Below are positions 10,190-19,450 of a stretch of DNA of 64,000 nucleotides, piece by piece. Source of the stretch: a virus (lineage: Duplodnaviria; Caudoviricetes). The translations under genes and the position numbers were made by a program. The stretch is taken from positions 9,033 through 73,032 of IMG/VR virus record IMGVR_UViG_3300037313_001002; one strand, 5' to 3'. The notes under the pieces were generated by a model. The model did no database searches. It saw nothing but the letters and a program-made list of their open reading frames with translations, and was not told where the DNA came from. Position 1 is the stretch's first letter, and every line of letters starts with the position of its first letter.

Positions 10190-12397
10190 TTAGACGTACT
10201 GCTCGTAAAAATGAACCACGGTCGTATCTTCCTGCGGTGGTCTTGTATATCTTGAGCGCGGGATTGATGCACTGTAATAAGCCCACCCTGTCGAAACACC
10301 CAAATCCTTCTTCCCCCTATTAGCATAATTCATGGATAAAAGCTGTTCCAACAAATCAACATGATCTATAGTGTTCCACCATTTGCAGCTTAAAGTAGTT
10401 AGAAAAGAAAAATAAGCGTCAATATTCCCTTCCGTTGCTGAAACACCCTCACGTTCCTCCTGTCCACGGTAGTTTTTGTAACTGGTAGGACGTTCCATTT
10501 TATAAAGTTCATAACCCCTTAACGAAAGATAGGTAAATAAAGCGGCTGACTTATTTTTTTCTACTAAGCAATCCGTACCGAAATAAACCATTGTTAATAT
10601 CCAGTCCTCAAAATATTCATTCGGGTCACCGCTTGTTGTCGCCCGGTCAAAAAGATAAGTACAAACAACCCTGTTAGTAATAAAATTAGCCCCACCGTCA
10701 ACAGGGTCACCGATTACTATTCCTCTTGACGGGTCATCAAACTGGTAATATCGGTCAGGCGAACCGTCTATAAACTCATTTAAGCGCGCCAAAACCGTTA
10801 TAGCACCCTTTGATGGGTCATCATCCAGTACCGTTTTTTGATCGATAGGGTCAGTTGCAGAACAGAACACATGCGTATTAGCGGGTTTTGGTGAGATAAT
10901 ACCCCTGACCTTTGCATTTGGTTCTACACCAAAATCTTTAGGGTGCTTAGAAATAAGCCATTTTCCCTTTGGATTAGGCTCCCAAACAACTACCGTATCT
11001 TTAACGCCGTCTTTCCATTTAAGGTTTCCGCGCACCGTTAGACTTTTTGGTGCTTCATTGCAAACATAAAAATAACGCGCTTCGAGTTTCAATACATCGA
11101 ACTGCGAATTATCATTTGCACCTTTAAATACATCGTCAATAGTTAAACAGTTCTTCCTTCGGTAACTTATAACACCCTTAATATCCCCTTTTTCCATTAG
11201 GATTTTGATGGTACTGTTTATTTCTTCAAGCGTCTTTTCTTTTAAAGGGAACCCCCATCTGTCAACATCACCCCTGTCAATAGCATTCCTGAATATCCTG
11301 TAAAGCCCGTTGGCTGTTTTCCCATCAATGGTACGCGCTGACGGGTCTGCCTGCGTCCATATTTTCAAAGCCCATGCCAGACAATCGGGTGTTATTTCTT
11401 CCACCGTAGATGTAAGCAATAGAAAACCCATCTTTTTATTCAGTATTTTACTGTATGAGGCTTCGCGCATTACCCTTATCCATTCAACAGGGTCAAGTTT
11501 ACCATCCGATTTACCAAACTCATCTAAATAAGCCCTGCCTACCGTTGCACCGTCAAACTCATTTGCTTTAGATGGGCCGAAATAGAATTGTGAATTTATT
11601 TCCGGATATTCATAATCTTCGGATGACGAACGGTTAACCATTTCCCCGGCTTTTATCTTTTCACGGATAGAAGCATGTGTTTGATGCTGTGCAGGATAAC
11701 TAAGGTTAAGTCCTTTTTTGGGGTCTTCCGTTCCCTGATTTAAAGGGCGGAAATAATAAATCATTTTCTTATGCCCATGAACCAAACGGATATAAGTTTT
11801 CTTAGCATGTCCCTCGTTGATGCAGGATTGAATGGTATTTATCGTACCCCTCACGCGACTACCGTAATCCCACATAATTAGTATAATATTTTCAGTATCA
11901 CCAATTTGTCTACATTTAAAGTCACAAATACCATCGCATTTCGGGTCATACAGGGCAAAAAGAAAAAAGTTAAAAAACTCCCAATCTGAAAATTTATAAA
12001 TGAACTCATTACCTGTAATAGAAGTCCAATGGTTCATTTTCATCCATAATAGACCGGGTATATAAGTTTTTTTACCTTTAATGAAAAACCAAACTCCATG
12101 CCTGCGCCTGTTCCACTCGGAATCTATAAAAGCATCAATATCTTCCTGCGACCACCCATCTTTCATATTGGGACTTAAAACCTGTTTAGGTATTAAAGTT
12201 CTGCGAAATATTTGCTCATGTTCGGGCAAGCCAAAATTAACGCAATGGCTGTCAGGTGGTGCAGCGGGTAATGGGATTTTATATTCGTAAATATCAACAA
12301 TTTCGGAAGTTTCATCCCAATGCAGGTTATAGTAAGGCATACCTTGCATATCGATATACTTATCGTCACGACTAATCCTTTTCTTCCAATTAATCAT
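10190..12397 (-). CDS. terL: Terminase large subunit
   Basis: Walker A-like KCRQIGDT, Walker B RAYLDEFGK, nuclease 'SATDPID...SKGA', 'LVEKNK'; crAss-type size and position. Confidence 0.9.
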   Translation of the reverse strand: MINWKKRISRDDKYIDMQGMPYYNLHWDETSEIVDIYEYKIPLPAAPPDSHCVNFGLPEHEQIFRRTLIPKQVLSPNMKDGWSQEDIDAFIDSEWNRRRHGVWFFIKGKKTYIPGLLWMKMNHWTSITGNEFIYKFSDWEFFNFFLFALYDPKCDGICDFKCRQIGDTENIILIMWDYGSRVRGTINTIQSCINEGHAKKTYIRLVHGHKKMIYYFRPLNQGTEDPKKGLNLSYPAQHQTHASIREKIKAGEMVNRSSSEDYEYPEINSQFYFGPSKANEFDGATVGRAYLDEFGKSDGKLDPVEWIRVMREASYSKILNKKMGFLLLTSTVEEITPDCLAWALKIWTQADPSARTIDGKTANGLYRIFRNAIDRGDVDRWGFPLKEKTLEEINSTIKILMEKGDIKGVISYRRKNCLTIDDVFKGANDNSQFDVLKLEARYFYVCNEAPKSLTVRGNLKWKDGVKDTVVVWEPNPKGKWLISKHPKDFGVEPNAKVRGIISPKPANTHVFCSATDPIDQKTVLDDDPSKGAITVLARLNEFIDGSPDRYYQFDDPSRGIVIGDPVDGGANFITNRVVCTYLFDRATTSGDPNEYFEDWILTMVYFGTDCLVEKNKSAALFTYLSLRGYELYKMERPTSYKNYRGQEEREGVSATEGNIDAYFSFLTTLSCKWWNTIDHVDLLEQLLSMNYANRGKKDLGVSTGWAYYSASIPRSRYTRPPQEDTTVVHFYEQYV

Positions 12398-12996
12398 ATA
12401 TAAGTATTGCTTTCAGCGTATTTTTCAGCATAGGTTATTATCCGTCTGCTTTTCATCAAATTTATCGCCCTTGCCGCCCTGCTGTCAGGGAAAATTTTTG
12501 CTTCAAGGTTTTTAAGGTCTGTACCTATTTTTTTTAAATGATTCTGAACCTTTACTCGCCTGTCAACATAATCGTCAATATTTTCATCACTATTTCTTTT
12601 TCGGTGTGATTCAACGACAAGCACATCATAGGTCTGCTTTGTAGTTTGGTATTCAGTCCAGTCTATATCGTGACAGAAACGCAAATAAGCTGAAAGACAT
12701 TCTAAAACATCATCATTCTCATAAATAAGAACTTCATGGAAAAATTTTTTATCCTTTTCGGTTTTTAATGGAATTTCTATAAACTCAAAAAGCGAATTAA
12801 GCATAAGTTCCCTGTCCTTGATTCGAACAAAAGGACTATCCGGGTCGGAAGATGCACTGGCAATTTTAATATAAACATCATCTTTGCAATCCCTAAATTC
12901 CTCAAAAGCCGTTAATTGCGGAAAAAAATCCAGTAACGGTGTTCCTTTAGGGCATTTGGTAAAATCAATAGCGCATTTAGACAGATCGTAACTCAT
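12394..12996 (-). CDS. Hypothetical protein directly upstream of TerL (possible small terminase)
   Basis: 200 aa helical protein overlapping the terL start; position only. Confidence 0.4.
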   Translation of the reverse strand: MSYDLSKCAIDFTKCPKGTPLLDFFPQLTAFEEFRDCKDDVYIKIASASSDPDSPFVRIKDRELMLNSLFEFIEIPLKTEKDKKFFHEVLIYENDDVLECLSAYLRFCHDIDWTEYQTTKQTYDVLVVESHRKRNSDENIDDYVDRRVKVQNHLKKIGTDLKNLEAKIFPDSRAARAINLMKSRRIITYAEKYAESNTYI

Positions 12997-13790
12997 TCCA
13001 CCTTTCCATAAATATCTTTCCGCTGTATGCGTAAAAGTCTTTTCTCGTCAAATATACGATGTAAACCAAACTCTAATTCTTTGGCATATCGCGGGTCGTA
13101 AATTATTCTTTCGGCTATTTGGTTGCCGTCCCTTATTCCACGAAGCTCCAGATATGCTTTTACCCGTGTGCCGCAATAGCGAACTTTAGCATAGGCATGA
13201 CTGCGTGTTTTATGGTCTTTTACGTGCAACTGCTTGATAAATCCTTCGGTGTCTGCTTCCTGAACTTCATTCTCCACCAAAACATTACCGTTGAGCATAA
13301 TTACTTCATTATCTCTTTTTGCCAGTATCAGGTCATCGTATTTTACCATCATCATTGTTCCCTGTGAGGTAGGAACCCACCGTCCGTAGGTGTCAGCCAT
13401 CATGTGCGCCATATACTCGAAATAAACCCTGTCCCCAACTTCGACCTCAACTTCGGTATCAAAGCGCACCGAATCAAGCCTAAGGCTGTCTATTTCGCGC
13501 TGTACCGATGGTTCCCTTGTGGTGTTGGTGTCCCGGCGCGGCATGTGCCTGTCCTGTAATTCCCAAATCTTATAACCGTTAAAAACGAGTTTTTCAGGAA
13601 CCTGATAAACAATACCGCTTATAGAAATATGTTGCTGTTTAGCAGATATTTCGTTTTGTTTTTCATCCTTATAAACCAACGGTGCTAAAATACCCGTTTC
13701 CTTGCCTTCCATTTGGTAAGTTTCAAAATCTTCGTCAGGCTTGACTAAAACGTAGTTATGCGGTATGCGCAACTTATTCGGGTCAATCAT
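12993..13790 (-). CDS. GroES-like co-chaperonin, tandem domains
   Basis: 'HNYVLVKPD...GIVYQVP...EVEVGDRVYF...MVKYDDLI' followed by a second 'NGNVLVE...AKVRYCG...RIQRKDI' unit. Confidence 0.7.
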   Translation of the reverse strand: MIDPNKLRIPHNYVLVKPDEDFETYQMEGKETGILAPLVYKDEKQNEISAKQQHISISGIVYQVPEKLVFNGYKIWELQDRHMPRRDTNTTREPSVQREIDSLRLDSVRFDTEVEVEVGDRVYFEYMAHMMADTYGRWVPTSQGTMMMVKYDDLILAKRDNEVIMLNGNVLVENEVQEADTEGFIKQLHVKDHKTRSHAYAKVRYCGTRVKAYLELRGIRDGNQIAERIIYDPRYAKELEFGLHRIFDEKRLLRIQRKDIYGKVE

Positions 13791-14779
13791 AATAACTTCA
13801 TAATTTGGCCGTGCCTTTGCTGGTTAACTTTTGAAAGCAACAAGTTTTCTTTGATGTATGCCCATGCTTTTTCATTTTCCTCCTCCAATTCTTTCAGGGT
13901 ATCGGGAAACTGTTTTATGGTCGCCAAATCAATATCCAAATTTTCTATCGGAAAAATTGATTCGTGGCTAAATTCAGACAGTTCAGTATTGCCATAAAGC
14001 ACACCACCCGCATAAGTGATTTCAAGCCAACTGATATTTGATTTGCAACGGTTAAATTCATTGTTTACCAATGGAAATATAAGAATATTCGGGTTATAAT
14101 CCAACAGTGCATTGAAATATTGCAAGGTATCAGATGCTCCGCGCCTTAAATAATTGTTTTTGCATCTCATTTCGAGGTACGTAAACGACCAACCCCAGAA
14201 GTTAAAAGTCCAGTCGGTATTTTTATTGATTACACGGATGAGATCATCTGCGTTTTCATAAACATCCATTTCATGCGTACTCCCACCTCTCCAAAGGCAA
14301 TAACGGGTATCATGATTAAATTTCAGCTTTTTTTCTTCCGGGAAAAGATAATTGTTCCAAGCGTTAGGAATTACAGTGATATTCTTGTTAAACTTCTCGT
14401 AAACCGATTTAATCATTTCAGTGGTAACCCAAATTTCATCCGACATTCTTAGGCATTTAAGGATATTGATGCGCATATCCTGATAAAACTGCCATGTAGG
14501 ATTATCCATACCTACCGCGAAAAGATTGTCATCAAAATCTGTTATGACCTTTGCTCCCTTGTCTTTAGCCAACTGAATTATATTCACATGGTCTGGCGTA
14601 CATGGTCGATGAATAAATAAAACATCAGCAAGTAATACCGTTGTCCAATTCCAGTCGGCAATACCAGAAGCGTTAATAATTTCATACTCATCACTGTTCA
14701 GATAATATAATGGCGCAGTGCGCCAAAAAGCCGTATTGTCATACTCTATCGGACTAAAACACAGTATTTTTTTCTTCAT
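13787..14779 (-). CDS. GT-B fold glycosyltransferase (GT4-like)
   Basis: 'VITDFDDNLF', 'DEIWVTTEMIK...VIPNA', 'WRGGSTH', 'PLVNNEFNRCKSNISWLE' motifs. Confidence 0.75.
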   Translation of the reverse strand: MKKKILCFSPIEYDNTAFWRTAPLYYLNSDEYEIINASGIADWNWTTVLLADVLFIHRPCTPDHVNIIQLAKDKGAKVITDFDDNLFAVGMDNPTWQFYQDMRINILKCLRMSDEIWVTTEMIKSVYEKFNKNITVIPNAWNNYLFPEEKKLKFNHDTRYCLWRGGSTHEMDVYENADDLIRVINKNTDWTFNFWGWSFTYLEMRCKNNYLRRGASDTLQYFNALLDYNPNILIFPLVNNEFNRCKSNISWLEITYAGGVLYGNTELSEFSHESIFPIENLDIDLATIKQFPDTLKELEEENEKAWAYIKENLLLSKVNQQRHGQIMKLL

Positions 14780-14915
14780 GTCTTTTAAATAAGTTTGGGA
14801 GTTAAGAATTTTTTAGCAACAAGAAATTACAAAGGACTACGCCCCTCCCAAACTGTTCCTTAAATATTTTGATTGATGGCATGGCCTTTTTACTCTTGTT
14901 GCTTCTTCAAATATA
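14780..14915 (-). promoter_or_regulatory. -7 promoter box plus structured 5' leader (two overlapping 10-bp helices)
   Basis: TATATTTG at 14915-14908; helix A 14894-14903/14815-14824 and helix B 14845-14854/14792-14801 are both perfect 10-bp complements and interleaved. Confidence 0.6.
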
Positions 14916-14992
14916 GCACGAAAAATAGTAGATTTTTTCAGCCTATCTTTAGGCAGTTAACAAAGTTTCCAACTTAGAAAAAAGTAACAGTT

Positions 14993-15235
14993 ATGCCAAG
15001 CGTACAATGTACCATCATGCGCGGCCCCGGAAACAGCGCAAATACCCCCTATCCAGCGTCATACGTTGGCATAGTAGCAGGTTCAGTAATAGCAACTAAA
15101 CCTTACGCGGGTAATCAACCGGGAGTAAACACAGTTCTTAAAGTGCGTTCTAACAACAGTCGTACCTTGAGGATTACAGATACTTACTACGTGAATGAAA
15201 CAGAAGCTACTATTTGGAGTACACTCAAGTCTTAG
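14993..15235 (+). CDS. Small beta-rich hypothetical protein, opposite to the surrounding operon
   Basis: 80 aa ATG ORF with an upstream TATCTTTA box; stop converges on the 15232 gene. Confidence 0.6.
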   Translation: MPSVQCTIMRGPGNSANTPYPASYVGIVAGSVIATKPYAGNQPGVNTVLKVRSNNSRTLRITDTYYVNETEATIWSTLKS

Positions 15236-15588
15236 GCTTGAATTGCCAGTGGTAGAATAATTTCAGGAAAAGGTATCCAAAGCTGCATAGGGTCAACAAA
15301 CCTTATGCGGCTTTTTTGTTGGGGAACTATTAGCGGAACCACTACACATTCTTCCTGTGGCGGTCTTTTCATCCAAAAATTTAGAGCGGGGGGAGCCATA
15401 TTCTTTATGGCATTGAAACACTCGGTAGGTGTATAACGCCTGTTATTGCGGTAGGTTACCGCGCATTGGTTACAGGTTTCTTCGTAGATGTGCATTGCAA
15501 GCTCAAACAGATAGATTTCCCTTTCATCCTCATTTTTCCAGTAAGGATGATGAAGCATCTCATCTATTGTGCCTGCTATGCTGCTCAT
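15232..15588 (-). CDS. Hypothetical protein
   Basis: 118 aa, ATGA-coupled to the upstream small gene. Confidence 0.6.
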   Translation of the reverse strand: MSSIAGTIDEMLHHPYWKNEDEREIYLFELAMHIYEETCNQCAVTYRNNRRYTPTECFNAIKNMAPPALNFWMKRPPQEECVVVPLIVPQQKSRIRFVDPMQLWIPFPEIILPLAIQA

Positions 15589-15746
15589 TTACCTTTTACA
15601 CGATTTAAACGTGGATTAGCTTTTTTTGCGGCACTTGATGCATTTCTACTGGCTTTTGCCACAATAGCCCCTGCTACTTTTTTAGAGTATCCCTCTTTTT
15701 GTACTTTAGCTTGCGCTCCTTTAAATCCGATGTGTTTTGTTGCCAT
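15585..15746 (-). CDS. Small basic Lys/Ala-rich protein (53 aa)
   Basis: Hand-translated MATKHIGFKGAQAKVQKEGYSKKVAGAIVAKASRNASSAAKKANPRLNRVKGK; ATGA overlap with the next gene. Confidence 0.75.
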   Translation of the reverse strand: MATKHIGFKGAQAKVQKEGYSKKVAGAIVAKASRNASSAAKKANPRLNRVKGK

Positions 15747-15770
15747 GATAAGAATTTTCCTATAAATTTA

Positions 15771-16442
15771 CTATGACTGATTGGACATTTCCAAATGATA
15801 GGGATAATAAATTTTTGGTGAGCTTATCTCTTTAAAGAAAACGTCCTGATTTTGCAGGATAAAATCTTCTTTATATTCTTCTCCTTTCCAGTGGCTTCTC
15901 ACGAAATTATGCTGTTCTGCGCCCTCTTTATCCAAGTCCCATGAATAAATGAACTTTTCCCAACCGTTTACACTCACATACCAACTTGGTGTTAGCCCTG
16001 CCTGATGTATGCGCCATGAATAGCCCGCGTGTTCGTAACCATACTTTCCGTATTCTGAATTAATGTAACCAACCTTTTCAATGACTTTTCGGGTCAGGAA
16101 CATCATACAACCCGTGCCTGTTTGATAAAGGGAAACAATGGGTGTCTTTTGAATAAGTTCATTATGGTTGGGTTTGCAAAGAACAAAATGCTCAATACCT
16201 GTCTTTTTATGGGCGTTTATAAAAAAGTCTGCCCATCCGTCTTTTATAGGGAAACAATCGTGGTCGAAAATGAAAATGCTTTCGCAGCCATCGGCATATA
16301 ATTCTGAAATTAAATAATTTTTGTCGTTAGCAATCGTATTATGAACATCACAATTTATCAGCCTGCAATATGGTGGTCTTACTTTGTTCAGCCTGTCAAA
16401 CCAGTTTTTATCGCCAGTAACACCAATTCCTATCTTTTCCAT
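15771..16442 (-). CDS. GT-A fold (GT2-like) glycosyltransferase
   Basis: 'IFIFDHDCFP' (DxD-like), 'GCMMFLTRKVIEKVGY', 'GYEHAGYSWR'. Confidence 0.75.
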   Translation of the reverse strand: MEKIGIGVTGDKNWFDRLNKVRPPYCRLINCDVHNTIANDKNYLISELYADGCESIFIFDHDCFPIKDGWADFFINAHKKTGIEHFVLCKPNHNELIQKTPIVSLYQTGTGCMMFLTRKVIEKVGYINSEYGKYGYEHAGYSWRIHQAGLTPSWYVSVNGWEKFIYSWDLDKEGAEQHNFVRSHWKGEEYKEDFILQNQDVFFKEISSPKIYYPYHLEMSNQS

Positions 16443-17071
16443 TTAGCTACCCTTTCCTGAATATCTTTTTCACCGTATAAAGCCCAATTAGCTTTGTCCT
16501 GTTCAATTATTTCTGCTTTGTTGGGTACAACATTGACCGATTGGCTACCGCCGTTATAGTGGTTGCAAATAAGTCCTGATTTGACTACGGTCTGATAGCC
16601 CAACCTACGCAACACAGTGTAAATAAATTCGTCACCATGCCAAAGTTTTACGTATTCGGGTATAGGGAACACAATTTCAACCATTTCCCGGCTTAAATGA
16701 ATAAAAACTCCCGGTGTTCCCTCTGTCACTACAACATCTTCGATATGGCTTCCATCAGTTGGTACGCAGATTTGCTTTGGATTAAGTTTTTTACTCCAAC
16801 CCGCTTGCATAATCAGATCAGAGTTCATAATGATAAGCGTTTCGTAACCGCTTTCTAAAAACGCTTCCATAATCTGATTCCAGCTTCTATTTACAAATTG
16901 GTTTTCCTCGTTGGTGATGACAAAAATATCTTCCCGTAAAAGCATCAACTTGGTTTCGTCATCGGAATTATTATCCACTACCAATACATCAGCTTCCGGC
17001 CAAACGCTGTCAATAGCCATTTCTGTTAATTTAGCATGGCCTATTGTGGGAATACCAACTAAACAGCGCAT
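16430..17071 (-). CDS. GT2 family glycosyltransferase
   Basis: 'VGIPT', 'VLVVDNNSDD', 'IIMNSDL', 'LWHGDEF'. Confidence 0.8.
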   Translation of the reverse strand: MRCLVGIPTIGHAKLTEMAIDSVWPEADVLVVDNNSDDETKLMLLREDIFVITNEENQFVNRSWNQIMEAFLESGYETLIIMNSDLIMQAGWSKKLNPKQICVPTDGSHIEDVVVTEGTPGVFIHLSREMVEIVFPIPEYVKLWHGDEFIYTVLRRLGYQTVVKSGLICNHYNGGSQSVNVVPNKAEIIEQDKANWALYGEKDIQERVAKWKR

Positions 17072-17655
17072 CGTTCAATTATTGTTAAGCCGTTGTTTGT
17101 AGGGATTTTAAAAATAACCCTAAAAGTTCCCTGCATTAAAAACGGTTCTAATGCAAACTTTAATCCGCGTCCGCAAGCAACGTCTGCCGGAATGCCTTCA
17201 TAGGGAATTTCACCATTGATAAAATAAGTTTCTGTGTCGTGAAAACCAATATATTTCCTTACTTTACCTGAATGTCGTGCTAACTCCCGTTCAAGCTGTG
17301 TGGCTGTATGGAATGTGTCTATGAATAAAAAGTCAGTTTCCTCAATGTCTGCTTTTAAAACATCTTGCTGTATAAACTCAAAATTAACACCACATTCTTT
17401 GGCTAATTTTTCAGCTTCATCAACAGCCTCCCAACGCGAAATATCATAACTAATTAACTTTTTAGGATTAGCCGCTAAAAAAGCATACGTTGATGTGGGA
17501 TTTCTAACACCCATTTCAGTGATATGTTCACATTCTTTGGCATATTGGTACAGATAGGGCAATAATTCATGAATATCGCTCGGTTGTGCGCATTTTTCGT
17601 CGTATTTGTCCAGTATAGGTTGTAGTTTATTCATGATTAAAAATAAAGTTATCAA
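17059..17655 (-). CDS. Class I SAM-dependent methyltransferase (Methyltransf_24-like)
   Basis: 'ITEMGVR', 'LISYDI', 'DFLFIDTFH', 'IGFHDT', 'NNGLTI'. Confidence 0.75.
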   Translation of the reverse strand: MITLFLIMNKLQPILDKYDEKCAQPSDIHELLPYLYQYAKECEHITEMGVRNPTSTYAFLAANPKKLISYDISRWEAVDEAEKLAKECGVNFEFIQQDVLKADIEETDFLFIDTFHTATQLERELARHSGKVRKYIGFHDTETYFINGEIPYEGIPADVACGRGLKFALEPFLMQGTFRVIFKIPTNNGLTIIERCAV

Positions 17656-18112
17656 TATCTTCGCTTAAAAGTAAATGTGCGTTTTTTAAAATTCTTTCAT
17701 CATCCCAATTCCACCATGCTATTTTTAGCAATGAGTTTATCGTATGACGCGGGAAACGTAGCCATGTTTTATGACCTGCTTTTACCGTAAATGGCTCCAA
17801 ATCTTTTGTTACTACGGTATTCATTCCGATTACACAACCATCACCTATCGTCACTCCGCTTGCAATCATAGCGTTTTCACAAATCCAGCAATCAGAACCC
17901 ACGCAGATGTCGCCGTTCATCTTAATGTTTGATGGCAACTCATTCCAAATCTTTTTTAAAGGGAACGTGGTTACCATTTTGTAATTATGATTAAAACCAG
18001 AATCCCAAATTACGCCTGTTGCTATTGACGAAAAGTTGCCGACAATGACCTTATTCATATTCCCCCTGAATATTGGGTCACAAGCATAGCTATGTCTGCC
18101 CAACTCAATCAT
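17627..18112 (-). CDS. CatB/Vat-like hexapeptide O-acetyltransferase
   Basis: 'VGNFSSIATGV', 'VGSDCWICENAMIASGVTIGDGCVIGMNTVVTKD', 'LLKIAWWNW'. Confidence 0.85.
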   Translation of the reverse strand: MIELGRHSYACDPIFRGNMNKVIVGNFSSIATGVIWDSGFNHNYKMVTTFPLKKIWNELPSNIKMNGDICVGSDCWICENAMIASGVTIGDGCVIGMNTVVTKDLEPFTVKAGHKTWLRFPRHTINSLLKIAWWNWDDERILKNAHLLLSEDIDNFIFNHE

Positions 18113-18650
18113 ATTGCGTCATTATTTGTTTAACCTGATTAGGCGTTAAATACTTATCTATCGCATGGTAACCAAGTGAACCAAGCGAAAAACAAGCTTC
18201 AACAGAAAAATTTTTGCATACTTCTCGTGGTGCTAAGTTCATCCCAAACTGCTTCATAGCGTTACCGTAGAAGACATCTTCATTGCCGTATATCGATGGA
18301 TTGTATGGTGATTTATTAATAATTTCAAGCATAGCATCGCGTTTTCTCAAACTCAAACCCCCGTTACCACCATGTTCCTGCCAACTCCACGATGCGCCAA
18401 CATAATCCCATTCCAAAAAATCCTCTATCCCGTTGCGTAAAAGCCCTGAATCTGCCTGAAAAATTAAAACTACATCGGTCATGCTTTCCCAAAAATGTTT
18501 TGAGGTCATAAACAGGTTATAGTCATGTATGGAGTAAATCGGTGGCGTTAAATGAACAATAGCCCAATCGGATGGCAGGAATTTAGCGTGACGATCAATA
18601 GCGTCTCCAATTGGTCTGTTATCGATAATTACAGCACTTTTCGTACTCAT
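18105..18650 (-). CDS. DUF5672-like protein (GT-A related)
   Basis: 'LIFQADS', 'WDYVGASW', 'GGNGGLSLR', 'NEDVFY', 'FSVE', 'GYHA'. Confidence 0.75.
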   Translation of the reverse strand: MSTKSAVIIDNRPIGDAIDRHAKFLPSDWAIVHLTPPIYSIHDYNLFMTSKHFWESMTDVVLIFQADSGLLRNGIEDFLEWDYVGASWSWQEHGGNGGLSLRKRDAMLEIINKSPYNPSIYGNEDVFYGNAMKQFGMNLAPREVCKNFSVEACFSLGSLGYHAIDKYLTPNQVKQIMTQYD

Positions 18651-19450
18651 GGTATCACGTCTAAATTGTAATAGGGGTGCTGTTTAAGACTTTCCGGTAA
18701 AGTTATTTTATCAAAAAATATGGGAACCCAAATGCCGAAAGCGACAAGATGAACGCCGTTTTCTATTTCCATTCCCGGCTCCCATTTCATGTAAATGTCT
18801 GAAAACCAGTTAGTTCTGATTTCATCTTTATGACCGTGAACCAATAATTTATACTTAATTAGTTCACTATCCTGCGCTGTTGAAAAATGATAAACCTTAC
18901 AAGGGACAACGCCCTCTCCGGCAGGATTGTGTAAATTGATAAATCTTATTGGCGTAAACCCATCATAACACGCCCAATTGAATGATTTCCAAAAATTGAT
19001 AAAGCCAGCAAAACCAATATACCGTTTATCAGATTTCATCGCTAAATCAATCGCATTTGGTAAATCATTTTGGTCAAAAACTTCGTCCGCGTCAAAAGCT
19101 AAAATACCATCATAGCCATCAGTAAAATTATAAATGTAAGCTCTGTGGTCACCCTCTGTGCCTACGGCTATTTTATACCATTCTACTTTTGGCGAGGCAT
19201 TTACAGCTATATCATGTAATTCCTGCTCACTGTCCGGGCAATGCGTGTGCGTCCCGAAACCATAACTTGGTTCTGCTGAATAAAGTATGATAATGCGCTC
19301 TACAAATGGTTCAACGCTTTGGATGGCCTCTTTAAGAAATGGTTTTCCGTAGTGACAAGGACAATATGCAATCAATTTAGCGTTGTTCATATAGTTGTCG
19401 TATTTGCTGTGCCATTTTTGTAAAAGTGTGGTTTTCTTTTGCGAGTTCAT
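18647..19450 (-). CDS. GT-A-like glycosyltransferase
   Basis: 'FLKEAIQSVEPFVERIIIL', 'ILAFDADEVF'; probable start at MNNAKL. Confidence 0.65.
   Translation of the reverse strand: MNSQKKTTLLQKWHSKYDNYMNNAKLIAYCPCHYGKPFLKEAIQSVEPFVERIIILYSAEPSYGFGTHTHCPDSEQELHDIAVNASPKVEWYKIAVGTEGDHRAYIYNFTDGYDGILAFDADEVFDQNDLPNAIDLAMKSDKRYIGFAGFINFWKSFNWACYDGFTPIRFINLHNPAGEGVVPCKVYHFSTAQDSELIKYKLLVHGHKDEIRTNWFSDIYMKWEPGMEIENGVHLVAFGIWVPIFFDKITLPESLKQHPYYNLDVIP

Noticed and set aside
472-13367. Plus-strand ORFs antisense to structural genes (e.g. 472-729, 5194-5625, 6939-7187) and similar shadows elsewhere (e.g. 58739-62421)
   Set aside because: They lie fully opposite well-supported genes, have no recognisable motifs and lack their own promoter or leader.
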